Program-made: the position numbers and the translations under genes
In this document: in pieces, positions 11,033 through 21,347 of the stretch
How the letters are laid out: every line of letters starts with the position of its first letter
Numbering within the stretch: the first letter of the stretch is position 1
Notes under the pieces: model-generated
The model's database searches: none
What the model was told of the DNA's origin: nothing
Seen by the model: only the letters and a program-made list of their open reading frames with translations
NCBI GenBank assembly: GCA_016840085.1
Contig: JAEOTA010000004.1
Span: 160,001-224,000, forward strand
Length of the DNA stretch: 64,000 nt
Origin: Promethearchaeota archaeon
GTDB taxonomy: Archaea; Asgardarchaeota; Lokiarchaeia; Sigyniarchaeales; SOKP01
Direction: 5' to 3'

Positions 11033-11188
11033 TTATTCTTCCTTATTTTCTAATTCTAAATGTCTTAATAGCTTTGAAAGGGGTTGATCACCATGACATT
11101 TAATAATTTGATTTAAGGAACAACCACTTGGATGTTTTTCTTTAATTTCTGGGTATGAACAAATACTAGTTTCTTCTTTTATTTTCAT
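11033..11188 (-). CDS. small Cys/His protein (51 aa), not in the ORF track
   Basis: Translated by hand: MKIKEETSICSYPEIKEKHPSGCSLNQIIKCHGDQPLSKLLRHLELENKEE; first gene of the ABC operon. Confidence 0.7.
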   Translation of the reverse strand: MKIKEETSICSYPEIKEKHPSGCSLNQIIKCHGDQPLSKLLRHLELENKEE

Positions 11189-11243
11189 TTTTAGCCACTT
11201 AACGTCTTATTTCTTAATTTTCACTTATTCAATAAAATTTTTA

Positions 11244-11270
11244 ATTAGTTAAATATTAAACTTAACTAAT
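11244..11270. promoter_or_regulatory. inverted repeat, candidate operator of the adjacent wHTH regulator
   Basis: Perfect ATTAGTTAA-N9-TTAACTAAT between divergent genes. Confidence 0.6.
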
Positions 11271-11318
11271 CAAAAGTTATATTTAAATATTTCCTATTTT
11301 ATATTATAATCATATAGA

Positions 11319-11687
11319 ATGGAAAATTGGGATGTTATGAAAGAAATTGACCTTTCAGAAATAGGCGATTATGTTCGAGCGCTACATTGCGGGATACGGT
11401 GGAAGATAATTGAATTTCTAAGAGATAGTCCAAAATCTTCTGATGAAATTTTTAATCATTTAGTTGAGTTAAGCGAAGAAGTATCAGAAGACATGAATAA
11501 TTGTAAAGGAGAATGTAAAAACGTAATTAAAAAGAATTTGAAAAAACCTACTCTCTATTATCATTTAAGGGAATTAGAATCAGTTGGGATAATAAAATTA
11601 GATGAATACAAACCTAGCGAACAAAAGAGAGCACCAGAAAAAGTATGGAAGCTAAATATGGAGAAATTGACCATAAACTTAAAATAG
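11319..11687 (+). CDS. ArsR-like winged-helix transcriptional regulator
   Basis: ALHCGIRWKIIEFL...TLYYHLRELESVGII...PEKVW, with a CxxxC insertion. Confidence 0.85.
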   Translation: MENWDVMKEIDLSEIGDYVRALHCGIRWKIIEFLRDSPKSSDEIFNHLVELSEEVSEDMNNCKGECKNVIKKNLKKPTLYYHLRELESVGIIKLDEYKPSEQKRAPEKVWKLNMEKLTINLK

Positions 11688-11784
11688 AATTTTCTGCTTT
11701 TTCTTTTTAGGTTATTAAGGATTTACGAATAGAATTATGAAACAATGCAATAAATATTTTTTATTGTTAAAATTCTAGATAAAT

Positions 11785-11919
11785 ATGTTTGCAAAATGTA
11801 AAGAATGTGGAATGATAAGATCTGTGAAGGATCTTGTTTTGTTAGAAGATGGAAATCACATGTGTTTCTCATGTTGGAATCAGTACTTTAAGGAGAGAAA
11901 AGAAAACTCTCATAACTAA
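11785..11919 (+). CDS. small zinc-finger protein (44 aa), not in the ORF track
   Basis: MFAKCKECGMIRSVKDLVLLEDGNHMCFSCWNQYFKERKENSHN; two CxxC pairs. Confidence 0.75.
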   Translation: MFAKCKECGMIRSVKDLVLLEDGNHMCFSCWNQYFKERKENSHN

Positions 11920-11941
11920 ATTTTGTTAACCTTTTTATTTT

Positions 11942-12163
11942 TTAATATGCACACAGATAAGTATATTTTTCCAGGTCAAACTTTTTTATTTTAATCTCTT
12001 CTTCTAAACCTTTTTTAGGAATCAGAGGCATTTTAACAACTATTTTATAATTTTCTAAATAGATATTATTGTAAAACACATTCCTAAATTTATCCCAATC
12101 GATGAACCTTTGAATTTCTTTTTCCTCTTTCTTCACTGTTGGGACTAATGACACAATTTTCAA
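11942..12163 (-). CDS. hypothetical protein
   Basis: 73-aa ORF convergent with the Zn-finger gene; no motif. Confidence 0.5.
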   Translation of the reverse strand: MKIVSLVPTVKKEEKEIQRFIDWDKFRNVFYNNIYLENYKIVVKMPLIPKKGLEEEIKIKKFDLEKYTYLCAY

Positions 12164-12551
12164 TTATTTCTCTGTATAACTTAATTATAATTCAAAAATA
12201 ACTTAAAATTTTTCTACTTATTATTATTAAAAAGCTAGATTTATTCTTATTTTTTGTATAGATGATTAATTCTTATAGATAAGGTTGAATTTATATCATC
12301 AATATTATAATAAATGGCATATTTAAATGTTTCTTTAATCTATTTAAAGAAAATCTACACTTTAAATAAGGATTTAAAATTTTTAATCCAAGAATTCACA
12401 TAAAAAATTAAATTATTTAATAAAAAAGACTCTTATACGATTATTAAAATACTTATTCTGAAAATTCCAAATATTATTAATTTATAATTCACTTCTCGAT
12501 TATGAATTTAAATAGAATAGACTATAATTTAAAGAAATCAAGACAATTAAT

Positions 12552-14516
12552 ATGGGAACAGGGTTCTTTGGTAAAATTCTATGGGTTAATCTTACTGAAG
12601 GGACTTTCAAGGAAGAATCGCTACCCGAAATGATGTATCGTCAATATTTAGGGGGATATGGGTTAGCTGTAAAAATAATTTACGACAATATGCCTGCTAA
12701 AATTGATCCTTTAAGTTCTGAATCAATTTTCGGTTTTTTTCCGGGATTATTAACAGGGACAGCAGCACCATTTTCAGGAAGATATATGGTTGCTGGAAAA
12801 TCTCCATTGACAGGGACATGGGGAGATTCTAATTCTGGAGGAACATTTGGTCCTGAAATAAAAAAGTGCGGGTATGATGCTATATTAATAATAGGCTCTG
12901 CATCAAAACCTAAATATATTTCAATAATAGGAGAAGATAAGGAAATATTAGATGCTACAGATATATGGGGTTTAGATATTATTGAAGCTGAAGAAAAACT
13001 TAAAAGAAAACATGGGAAATTCATTAAAACTGCTGGAATAGGACAAGCTGGAGAGAAGATATCTCTAATTTCTGGAATCGCCAACGATAAAGGTCGAATT
13101 GCAGCTCGCTCTGGCTTTGGAGCAATAATGGGTTCAAAAAAATTAAAAATGCTCGTTTTATCTGGAAAAAATAAACTATCTTTTAATAATAGAAAAAGAT
13201 TTTTAGATTCTGTAAAGATTTATAATGAAGGAAGTATAAAAGGAGAACCTGGTAAATTTATTAAGTCAATTTTAAAAAATGTTCCAAATTTAGCAAAGAC
13301 CATTCGAAGATTTAAAATAAAATTTGCAGGACCACCAAATATGATAAGACAAATATATCGAACTTTTGGGACAAGTGTTGGAAATACCCTTTCCTCAGAA
13401 ACAAATGATTCTCCCATAAAAAATTGGAGTGGGATTGGAATGTACGATTTTCCATTTAAAAAATCTAAAAGTCTCTCAGCAACGAAGATTAAAAAGTTTA
13501 AAATAAGGGAATTTGGATGTTTTGGCTGTCCAGTTCAATGTGGTGGCATTTTAAGTGTTCCAGAATTAAATTTAGAAGAAACTCATCAACCAGAATATGA
13601 AACATGTTGCGCCTTTGGGGCTCTTTTACTAAATAATGATTTATTATCAATTTTTGAGATAAATGATCTCTGTAATCGAGCAGCAATAGATACTATCTCC
13701 ACAGGTGCTACTATTGCTTTTGCTATAGAATGCTTTGAAAATGGCATCTTAACTAAAGAAAATACTGAAGGTTTAGAGCTAACGTGGGGAAATTCAAAAG
13801 CGATTATTGAATTAGTGAAAAAAATAATTGATCGCGATGGAATCGGAGATATCTTAGCTGATGGAAGTAAAATTGCTGCTGAGAGAATAGGGAAAGATTC
13901 GTTCAAATATTCTATGACCTCCTTAGGTTCAGAAATAGCAATGCATAACCCAAGAGTATTTCCATCTTTAGCTTTTACTTATAATTATGATCCTACTCCG
14001 GGAAGGCACACTGCAGCAAGTATTGATTTCATGGATATTGGTCCAATCAATAAATTTCAGAAAGGATTCAAATTACCAAAAGGATGGAACAAAAATGAGA
14101 TAAAGAAACAAAAAGCACAAAAATTAGTCACTGCTTTCCACCAAGTATTAAGTAGTTCTGGTTTATGCTCATTTTCAACTTTATTCGGATCTTATCCGTT
14201 CCTTGATCTTATAAATTCTCTAACTGGCTGGGGTATAAATATTGACGAAATCATAAAAATAGGATTAAGAATTCAAACATTAAGACAAGCTTTCACTTTA
14301 CGTGAAGGGATAGATATTGCAAAAAATAACTTACCCGGAAGAGTAATTGGAGATCCCCCAGATATAAAGGGGCCAACAAAAGGTATAACTGTAGAATATG
14401 AAGATTTTTATAAAGGGTATTGTTATGAAATGGGATGGAATCCTGATAATGGATATCCTTTAAAAGATACATTGAAAGAGCTTGACTTAGAATTTGTTAT
14501 AAAAGATTTATATTAA
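12552..14516 (+). CDS. aor: tungsten-containing aldehyde:ferredoxin oxidoreductase family protein
   Basis: KSPLTG, SNSGG, GYDA, RSGFGAIMGSKKLK, CFGCPVQC, PEYET, DTIS motifs. Confidence 0.93.
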   Translation: MGTGFFGKILWVNLTEGTFKEESLPEMMYRQYLGGYGLAVKIIYDNMPAKIDPLSSESIFGFFPGLLTGTAAPFSGRYMVAGKSPLTGTWGDSNSGGTFGPEIKKCGYDAILIIGSASKPKYISIIGEDKEILDATDIWGLDIIEAEEKLKRKHGKFIKTAGIGQAGEKISLISGIANDKGRIAARSGFGAIMGSKKLKMLVLSGKNKLSFNNRKRFLDSVKIYNEGSIKGEPGKFIKSILKNVPNLAKTIRRFKIKFAGPPNMIRQIYRTFGTSVGNTLSSETNDSPIKNWSGIGMYDFPFKKSKSLSATKIKKFKIREFGCFGCPVQCGGILSVPELNLEETHQPEYETCCAFGALLLNNDLLSIFEINDLCNRAAIDTISTGATIAFAIECFENGILTKENTEGLELTWGNSKAIIELVKKIIDRDGIGDILADGSKIAAERIGKDSFKYSMTSLGSEIAMHNPRVFPSLAFTYNYDPTPGRHTAASIDFMDIGPINKFQKGFKLPKGWNKNEIKKQKAQKLVTAFHQVLSSSGLCSFSTLFGSYPFLDLINSLTGWGINIDEIIKIGLRIQTLRQAFTLREGIDIAKNNLPGRVIGDPPDIKGPTKGITVEYEDFYKGYCYEMGWNPDNGYPLKDTLKELDLEFVIKDLY

Positions 14517-14575
14517 AAATCTATCCTATTTAATAGTTAAATTAATCCGATTAATATATTACAAAAAGATAAAAA

Positions 14576-15046
14576 ATGGAGAATTCGAACCTGAAAGAAT
14601 TGAAACTGTTTATAGAAAAAAATGTAATTAAAAATATGAAGAAAGTAAGAGGAAAACATGCGCCAATTGCTGAAATTATAGATAATAAGTTTTACAATTT
14701 ATCAGTGAAATCAATTTATGATTTAAAAGAAAAATATAAGAATCTATTCCTATTTATTGTTAAAAATTACTCTAAAACCCCAAAATTAAGGTATTTTTTA
14801 GTAATTTCTTTAGCTAATAATAGCTCTGATTTTTTAGTTCAATTAGCAAAAGACTTAGCTATTAAAAATGATTTAAAGTTAATTCAGTATTCAATTTTCC
14901 CAAAAAATTTGAGAATTCAATTACTTTTAATAAAACAAATTAATCAGATTGAAGATTACTATAATTTTATTGAAAGATTAAAATTCTTTCGAATGGAATT
15001 TCGAAATAAATTAGAAAAAATTAAGAATTTAGTAGAAAATAAATAA
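14576..15046 (+). CDS. hypothetical protein
   Basis: 156-aa ORF co-oriented between aor and pyk. Confidence 0.65.
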   Translation: MENSNLKELKLFIEKNVIKNMKKVRGKHAPIAEIIDNKFYNLSVKSIYDLKEKYKNLFLFIVKNYSKTPKLRYFLVISLANNSSDFLVQLAKDLAIKNDLKLIQYSIFPKNLRIQLLLIKQINQIEDYYNFIERLKFFRMEFRNKLEKIKNLVENK

Positions 15047-15143
15047 TTTTTAAGGATAAACATAATAATAATATTAATCATTGTATTGTTATATCTCCAA
15101 GTGAAAATACTGTATAAACCAACTTAAAATTTATAGAAAAGGG

Positions 15144-16616
15144 ATGATAATATTGTTTAGACAGTTTAGACAGAACACTGTAAAAGTTACAGCGACCTTA
15201 GGTCCAGCTTCGAGTTCAAAGGTAATGCTTAAAAATTTAATTGATGCTGGGGTCGATATATTTCGATTGAATTTTTCACATGGTACACATGATGAGAAAA
15301 GAGAATTGGTAAAAAGAATAAGAGAGATTGATCGATATGTTGGAATCTTAGCCGATATCCAAGGTCCAAAAATACGAGTTGGGAAATTTAGGGATGATAA
15401 GGCATATAATCTAAATATTGGGCAAGAAATAAAAGTTTTTGAGAAAGAAATTGAAGGAGATCAAGGTCAATTCTCAATACCTTTAAATGGATTTCTAAAA
15501 TCTGTAAGAAAAGGAGATATCTTTTTTATAAATGATGGAATTATCAAAATTCAAGTAAAAAATAAAGCAGAAGACCATATTATAGGGGAAGTATTAGCAG
15601 GTGGAATGATAAGTAATAGAAAAGGAGTGAATATCCCTACAGGGGAATTACAGCAAAGAGTTCCTACTGAAAAAGATATTAAAGATTTAAAAATTATTGC
15701 TGAATTAGACCCAGAATATGTAGCAATTTCTTTTGTCTCTGATAGCAGTGATGTTCTTCATGTCAGAAAAATTCTTGAAAATTATGGTAATGATAAAATC
15801 AAATTAATTTCGAAAATTGAAAGACCCATTGCTTTAGATAATTTTGATGCGATACTTGAAGTAAGCGATGGAATTATGGTTGCAAGAGGAGACTTGGGGG
15901 TGGAAATTGACCCTGATAAAGTACCTTTATGGCAAAAAGATATGATTTATAAAAGTAATAAGGAAGGAAAACCAATTATTGTTGCTACTCAAATGTTAGA
16001 ATCTATGATAAACGCACCTATCCCTACACGAGCAGAAGCTAATGATGTATTTAATGCGGTTTTTGATGGAAGTGATGCTGTAATGCTCTCTGGAGAAACT
16101 GCCGTAGGGCAATATCCCATTAATGCTGTACGATATATGAATCAGATAGCGAAAACAGCAACTGAGAATATGCCAATGAGGATTCCAGATGAATATGATT
16201 CTGAGAGACTAACTCATACACAGACCCTTGGACATGCTATTCATTCATTAGCATCAGAGATGCAAGAATTAAATTTCAGAGGAAAAATCTTAGTAATTAC
16301 TCGAAGAGGGTATGGAGTGAGAATGATCGCAAAATATCGTCCTCCTTTACCGATTATAGCAATTACACCAATTGAACGGACAGCGAGAGAGTTGGGGCTT
16401 GTATGGGGCGTACAACCAATACATATAGAAAATATTGATTTTTTCAGTTTAAATGCTGAGGAAATAATAGAACAATCTGTAAAACATGCGGTTGAAATAA
16501 AAATACTTGATGAGAATGAACACGTGATAATTTTATTAGTTTCAAGGAAGTTTGAAAGAAGAGGGAATCTAGTAGGTTTTTATTATGTTGGAGAAATATT
16601 AGAAAATAGTTCTTAA
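15144..16616 (+). CDS. pyk: pyruvate kinase
   Basis: ATLGPAS, RLNFSHG, DIQGPKIR, KIE, DGIMVARGDLGVE, ATQMLESM, MLSGETA. Confidence 0.97.
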   Translation: MIILFRQFRQNTVKVTATLGPASSSKVMLKNLIDAGVDIFRLNFSHGTHDEKRELVKRIREIDRYVGILADIQGPKIRVGKFRDDKAYNLNIGQEIKVFEKEIEGDQGQFSIPLNGFLKSVRKGDIFFINDGIIKIQVKNKAEDHIIGEVLAGGMISNRKGVNIPTGELQQRVPTEKDIKDLKIIAELDPEYVAISFVSDSSDVLHVRKILENYGNDKIKLISKIERPIALDNFDAILEVSDGIMVARGDLGVEIDPDKVPLWQKDMIYKSNKEGKPIIVATQMLESMINAPIPTRAEANDVFNAVFDGSDAVMLSGETAVGQYPINAVRYMNQIAKTATENMPMRIPDEYDSERLTHTQTLGHAIHSLASEMQELNFRGKILVITRRGYGVRMIAKYRPPLPIIAITPIERTARELGLVWGVQPIHIENIDFFSLNAEEIIEQSVKHAVEIKILDENEHVIILLVSRKFERRGNLVGFYYVGEILENSS

Positions 16617-16721
16617 AATTTATAATTAGAAATAAAAAATCCTTAGTCTTTTAGTATTTATATATTTCGCACTTCTTTTTGAATTATGTTATAGTACTAA
16701 ATCGATAATTGTGATTCAAAA

Positions 16722-17126
16722 ATGTATAATTCACTCAAGGTACACAACAAAAAACTATATACGGGTATGAGAGTAGGAAGTTCTCATTATTGGAATTATA
16801 ATAATGGTAAATGGTATGAAACTAAAGAAGCCCCGGATAAATGGAGTTTTCAATTCAATTCTTTAAAAACAAGAGTTAATCCTGCTCCAAATAATACAGG
16901 TGCAAGTCTTAATACAAAATATCATTGGTATATTATTGCTGATCAAATAGCAACAAAAAGAGATAATGACTCATATATGACTTCCATGAAAGGTGTAAAA
17001 TTTAAAATTGGCCATAAGCGTCCTTATTGGAAAACTTTTAGTTACAATTACCCAGAACAGATTTCATACAAAGAGAGGGTAATTACTATATTAGAAGAAA
17101 TTATTACAAAATTAAAAGCAGAATAG
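16722..17126 (+). CDS. conserved hypothetical protein (aromatic-rich)
   Basis: 134-aa ORF (YTGMRVGSSHYWNY...YHWYIIADQ) that looks coding; function unknown. Confidence 0.7.
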   Translation: MYNSLKVHNKKLYTGMRVGSSHYWNYNNGKWYETKEAPDKWSFQFNSLKTRVNPAPNNTGASLNTKYHWYIIADQIATKRDNDSYMTSMKGVKFKIGHKRPYWKTFSYNYPEQISYKERVITILEEIITKLKAE

Positions 17127-17150
17127 TTCTTATGAATTTGACTTAATTTC

Positions 17151-17333
17151 CTATTCTAAATCAACATAGGGTTGATACTTAGTTTTAAAACAATAGCAAT
17201 GACAGCAGTAGAATTCTATATATTTACTATTCCAGATTTTTATGAAATATTCTTCAGATTTAGGATCACAATTCTTAATGAAACTTTCAAAATCTAAAAC
17301 CTTGCCACACCTGAAACATTTTCTTTCTCTCAT
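17151..17333 (-). CDS. small zinc-binding protein
   Basis: MRERKCFRCGK...W...FYCCHC; ATG at 17333 avoids overlap with the nitroreductase. Confidence 0.75.
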   Translation of the reverse strand: MRERKCFRCGKVLDFESFIKNCDPKSEEYFIKIWNSKYIEFYCCHCYCFKTKYQPYVDLE

Positions 17334-17379
17334 AATTGAGCTTAATCTAGTGTAGATCAAAAAAGATAATAATTGAAAT

Positions 17380-17895
17380 TTAAAATTTTTCATAATGCAC
17401 TATTTTTTCAATTGGCTTACGGTCTGTTACTTCACCCTTAGATTTAGTAGAATATCCTAAAGGTGTTAAATCCATGACTTTATATTTGTTTGGAATTCCT
17501 AATATCGCTTTTATCTTGTTTTCATTAAACCAACCAATCCAACAAGTTGCAAGTCCTTCTGCTGTTGCAGCTAATATTAAATGTTCAAAACAAATACCAA
17601 AATCAACACCATAATATTTTTCTCCATTTTTATTGGTGCCTGAACTTGTTTCAGCTATAATGCCAACGATAAACATAGGAGCATTCCCAAATTTCTGATC
17701 TTGACCGATTGCTTGCCAAATTGCTCTTACATTTTCTGGTTCTTGAACAACAATATAATGTACTCCCTGCATATTAGCCCAAGTAGGCGCAAGCCTTGCA
17801 GCTTCTAAAATTCTTTCTATTTTATCTTTTTCGGGCATATCAGGTTTGTAAACTCGATAACTTCTCCTTTTCCTAACTACTTCATAAAAATCCAT
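17380..17895 (-). CDS. nitroreductase family protein
   Basis: RRSYRVY, EAARLAPTWANMQ, LAATAEGLATCWIG, RKP...HYEKF. Confidence 0.93.
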   Translation of the reverse strand: MDFYEVVRKRRSYRVYKPDMPEKDKIERILEAARLAPTWANMQGVHYIVVQEPENVRAIWQAIGQDQKFGNAPMFIVGIIAETSSGTNKNGEKYYGVDFGICFEHLILAATAEGLATCWIGWFNENKIKAILGIPNKYKVMDLTPLGYSTKSKGEVTDRKPIEKIVHYEKF

Positions 17896-18229
17896 AATAT
17901 AAACACTCTTATTTTTTTCAATCGTTTTAGGTAGTTAGTTAATTTTGAATTTTTAACTTTACTATCAATTTGACATTTGCAGTAAAACTAAAAGTTTGCT
18001 ATCCAACTTTATCAAACCTTCTTAAGCATTGTTTATTTATATCCGTATTGGCATTATCCAAAATTATTATCAGAAAATCTTTCGTTAAGTAAAATCTAGG
18101 GACAATAAAACTTACCTTAGTTTTTTGCACCTAAACAAAAATATAAAAGTAGATTCTTTTATGTTCTAAGTAAATAATACCTCTAGGTATAAGATTAATA
18201 TTTTATTACCACTTCAAAGGTGATTCAAT

Positions 18230-20146
18230 ATGAGAAAATTTAAAATAAAAAATGTGCTCTTATCGATCTTTCTCCTTACCAGCCCTATATTTACACTTTT
18301 TGGCACGTTATTGATTAATGCGAAAGCAGATATCCCTGTTCCAGAACCTCATCCAAAGAATGCATGGGCTTGGAAAGTTAATTTGGGAGATACATTATGG
18401 TTTGAATTTGAAGTCGAACAATATGATGAATATTCTCACGACAAAATTCACATGTTTAAAAATAGTCTAGGAATTAATATACTAGGAGAGTATATAACTC
18501 CAATGAATTTCTCAGGAGAACTCTACGATGTATCAGTAATTGATGCTGACAGTGTTAGGTTTAATAATGTAACTGGAATGGTTGAACCTGATTTTAATTC
18601 AGGTCCAATTGCCCACTTTGGATTTAATATTTCTTCATCACCTCACGAGTTCTATCAAGGCACTTTATTTACGCCTTTTTATCAGAAATTTGGGTGTGTC
18701 CCTGTGATCCTACCAATTAATGTGACTAGTGGAATTTTAGATGTTGAGTATTTGGGTAATATAATAAATATTACTTATTTAGATCCACTCTATTCAGATG
18801 GAAAAATCAATTATTTTGATTATTTTGAGTTTGATAACATTGAAAGAAGACTCTATTTTGAAAACAGTTTTGAGGGTTATTTTATTGACGCGACATACGA
18901 CGTTAATGGGACACTCGAAACAGTAGAATATTTTATTCTTCAAGAATGGTGGCCAGGATATAAAGTAGAGGTACAAGAAAAAATCTATAGAATATTTGAT
19001 CCAGATATAACTAATGAAGTTGAATGGGGAGTTGATATTGGCTATGTCCTATATTTTGGTGAAAATAGTTATGATAAGAAGTTTGTTGAAAAAAAAATCG
19101 AAATAACTGGATTTAGCATTGGGAATTATGAAGGATATTGGGATTTTGATCCAGGTAATGGACTCTTACCAATGTCTTTTAAGGAAGTATGGGCTAATAT
19201 CTCTGTGTGGGATCCCTCCATGGAAGAATTTAGGTTTCAAAGTCAAGAAGTTGTAGGGATTGCAAATAATTTTTATCCTTCATTACCCTGGCAAGCTACT
19301 TTTCCATTTATGCCTTACATATTTGATCAAAATGCGACAATGGAGGAACTTAAATTTATGCAAAATAAGTTCACTTGTAGATATGTCCATCTAGATGATT
19401 TTCATATGGATTTTGATGGTAAATTCTTGCATTTTGAAGGGATGAATTACTCACAATCACAAACTATCAGAGGAATTGTTGATATGGAAAGTGGTACAAT
19501 GAAGCTAATGCAATTTCTTAGATATGATAATCTAGAATCCATAATGTTTGAAAAGAATTTCGTACCCCTTTTCTCAGGATATAATAACCTAATGCTTATG
19601 TCTGAATTTATACATGAGTTAAGTTTTCGTACCCAAATTACGACAACAACTGGTGGTGTTAATCTTCTTTATGCCATATTACCAGTATCTCCCGTACCTC
19701 AGAGAATACCTTATGGAGAACTATTATTCTATACCGATATGATGGTGACCAATCACTTTTCAGTGAATTCCATGTCAATGACTATCACGTTACCATGGGA
19801 CATTAATTTAAATTCAAGCAGGTTGCTCTTTTTTAGATGGGATTCTTATGATGGATTTCATGGAAATTGGCATGAAATGTCCGAAGAAGAAATTAACAAA
19901 ACAGTGACTTTTGATTATGACTCCAATTCAGTAACAATAGAATTTGATATGAATGAACCTTTTTCTAATGTTTTTGCATTGGGATATGAATCAAAATATG
20001 ATGATGAATATGGCAATGGCGACGATGAATATTATGAAGAAATTCCCGGATATGACTTATTAATTCTAATAGGAATAATTAGTTTTACATCTTTAGCATT
20101 AATTAAAATAATCCGAAAATCAAGGGTAAAGATTTTCAAAAAATAA
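18230..20146 (+). CDS. secreted/surface protein with Loki-CTERM-type C-terminal anchor
   Basis: Signal peptide; two WxVxxG(D/Y)xL repeats; acidic linker, then IPGY, a TM helix and a basic tail; several NxS/T sequons. Confidence 0.85.
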   Translation: MRKFKIKNVLLSIFLLTSPIFTLFGTLLINAKADIPVPEPHPKNAWAWKVNLGDTLWFEFEVEQYDEYSHDKIHMFKNSLGINILGEYITPMNFSGELYDVSVIDADSVRFNNVTGMVEPDFNSGPIAHFGFNISSSPHEFYQGTLFTPFYQKFGCVPVILPINVTSGILDVEYLGNIINITYLDPLYSDGKINYFDYFEFDNIERRLYFENSFEGYFIDATYDVNGTLETVEYFILQEWWPGYKVEVQEKIYRIFDPDITNEVEWGVDIGYVLYFGENSYDKKFVEKKIEITGFSIGNYEGYWDFDPGNGLLPMSFKEVWANISVWDPSMEEFRFQSQEVVGIANNFYPSLPWQATFPFMPYIFDQNATMEELKFMQNKFTCRYVHLDDFHMDFDGKFLHFEGMNYSQSQTIRGIVDMESGTMKLMQFLRYDNLESIMFEKNFVPLFSGYNNLMLMSEFIHELSFRTQITTTTGGVNLLYAILPVSPVPQRIPYGELLFYTDMMVTNHFSVNSMSMTITLPWDINLNSSRLLFFRWDSYDGFHGNWHEMSEEEINKTVTFDYDSNSVTIEFDMNEPFSNVFALGYESKYDDEYGNGDDEYYEEIPGYDLLILIGIISFTSLALIKIIRKSRVKIFKK

Positions 20147-20325
20147 ACAACATTTTTTTATTTTATTTTTTAACCCTTTATAAAGTTTCAATTGGAATTC
20201 ATTCAGTTTCAAATCTAACTATTGTCTCATTTTTAATAAAAAATATCTTAAAAAAATTTTTAATAAGTTAAATTGTTAAAATAAGTAATTAAGATAATAA
20301 ATCTTCTAATAAATGGTGACCTCAT

Positions 20326-21336
20326 ATCTCTGAAATAATTATATTATCACAAGAAGAGGTTAAAAACTGTCTCCCAATGAGTATGGCAATTCAAGCTGTA
20401 AGGGAAGCCTATATTGCATTTACTAAAGGGCGAGTAAAAATGCCACCAGTTATGCATTTAGATTTATCTCAGTTTCATGGTGAAATAGATATTAAATCTG
20501 GTTATGTGGAGGACTTAGGACTCATTGGTACTAAAATTGCTAGTGGATTCTATGATAACTATAAATTAGGATTACCTCCCGGAGTAGCAATAATTGTGTT
20601 AATGGATCTCAAAACTAGTATTCCGCTTGCAATCATGGATGGGACTTATGTTACAGCTTATAGGACAGGAGCAGCTGGAGCTGTGGCAGCAAATGTTCTT
20701 GCAAAGAAAGATTCAGAAACTGTAGGGGTTATTGGTACTGGCACCCAAGCAAGAATGCAGGTAATTGCATTAATGGAAATTTTCCCTTTGAAAAAAATTA
20801 AAGTATGGGGGCGTAATAAAGCATCAAGAAATATATACTCTAAGGAAATGTCAGAAAAACTTGGAGTTACAATACAAGGTGTAGATAACATCAAACAAGC
20901 GGTAGATGGAGTAGATATTATTGTAACCGTTACGCCGTCTAAAAAATCTTTAGTCAATGAAGAATGGATTGATGAAGGAGTTCATATAAATGCCATCGGT
21001 GCAGATGCACCAGGAAAGCAAGAAATTGACCCTAAAATAATCAAAAAGGCAAATAAAATTGTTGTTGATAGCTTTAGCCAATGTCGAGTTATTGGAGAAA
21101 TCCAACATGCCCTTTCCGAAGGATTAATAAAAGAAGATGATATATATGCTGAAATTGGTGAAATTCTCATTGGAGAAAAGAAAGGGAGAGAATCGGAAAA
21201 AGAAATCACACTATTTGATTCAACTGGTCTTGCAGCTCAAGATATAGCAGCTGCAAATATAGTTTATAAACAAGCAAAAGAAAAAAATATGGGAAAAATG
21301 GTGTCTCTTTTAGATATAAGAAGTAGAGGAATATAA
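20326..21336 (+). CDS. ornithine cyclodeaminase/mu-crystallin family protein (archaeal alanine dehydrogenase-like)
   Basis: TAYRTGAAG, IGTGTQA, HINAIGADAPGKQE, FDSTGLAAQD; frame is open upstream of ATG 20377 to ATC 20326 (ISEIIILSQEEVK). Confidence 0.9.
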   Translation: MSEIIILSQEEVKNCLPMSMAIQAVREAYIAFTKGRVKMPPVMHLDLSQFHGEIDIKSGYVEDLGLIGTKIASGFYDNYKLGLPPGVAIIVLMDLKTSIPLAIMDGTYVTAYRTGAAGAVAANVLAKKDSETVGVIGTGTQARMQVIALMEIFPLKKIKVWGRNKASRNIYSKEMSEKLGVTIQGVDNIKQAVDGVDIIVTVTPSKKSLVNEEWIDEGVHINAIGADAPGKQEIDPKIIKKANKIVVDSFSQCRVIGEIQHALSEGLIKEDDIYAEIGEILIGEKKGRESEKEITLFDSTGLAAQDIAAANIVYKQAKEKNMGKMVSLLDIRSRGI

Positions 21337-21347
21337 AAGGTGCAAGG

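Noticed and set aside
12330-12352. TTTCTTTAA-N5-TTAAAGAAA inverted repeat upstream of aor
   Set aside because: Almost entirely A/T, ~200 bp from the start codon, and no linked regulator; chance is likely.
17990-18110. Minus-strand IILDNA motif suggesting an IS630 remnant
   Set aside because: A single short motif in a short frame, with no other DDE motifs or ends.
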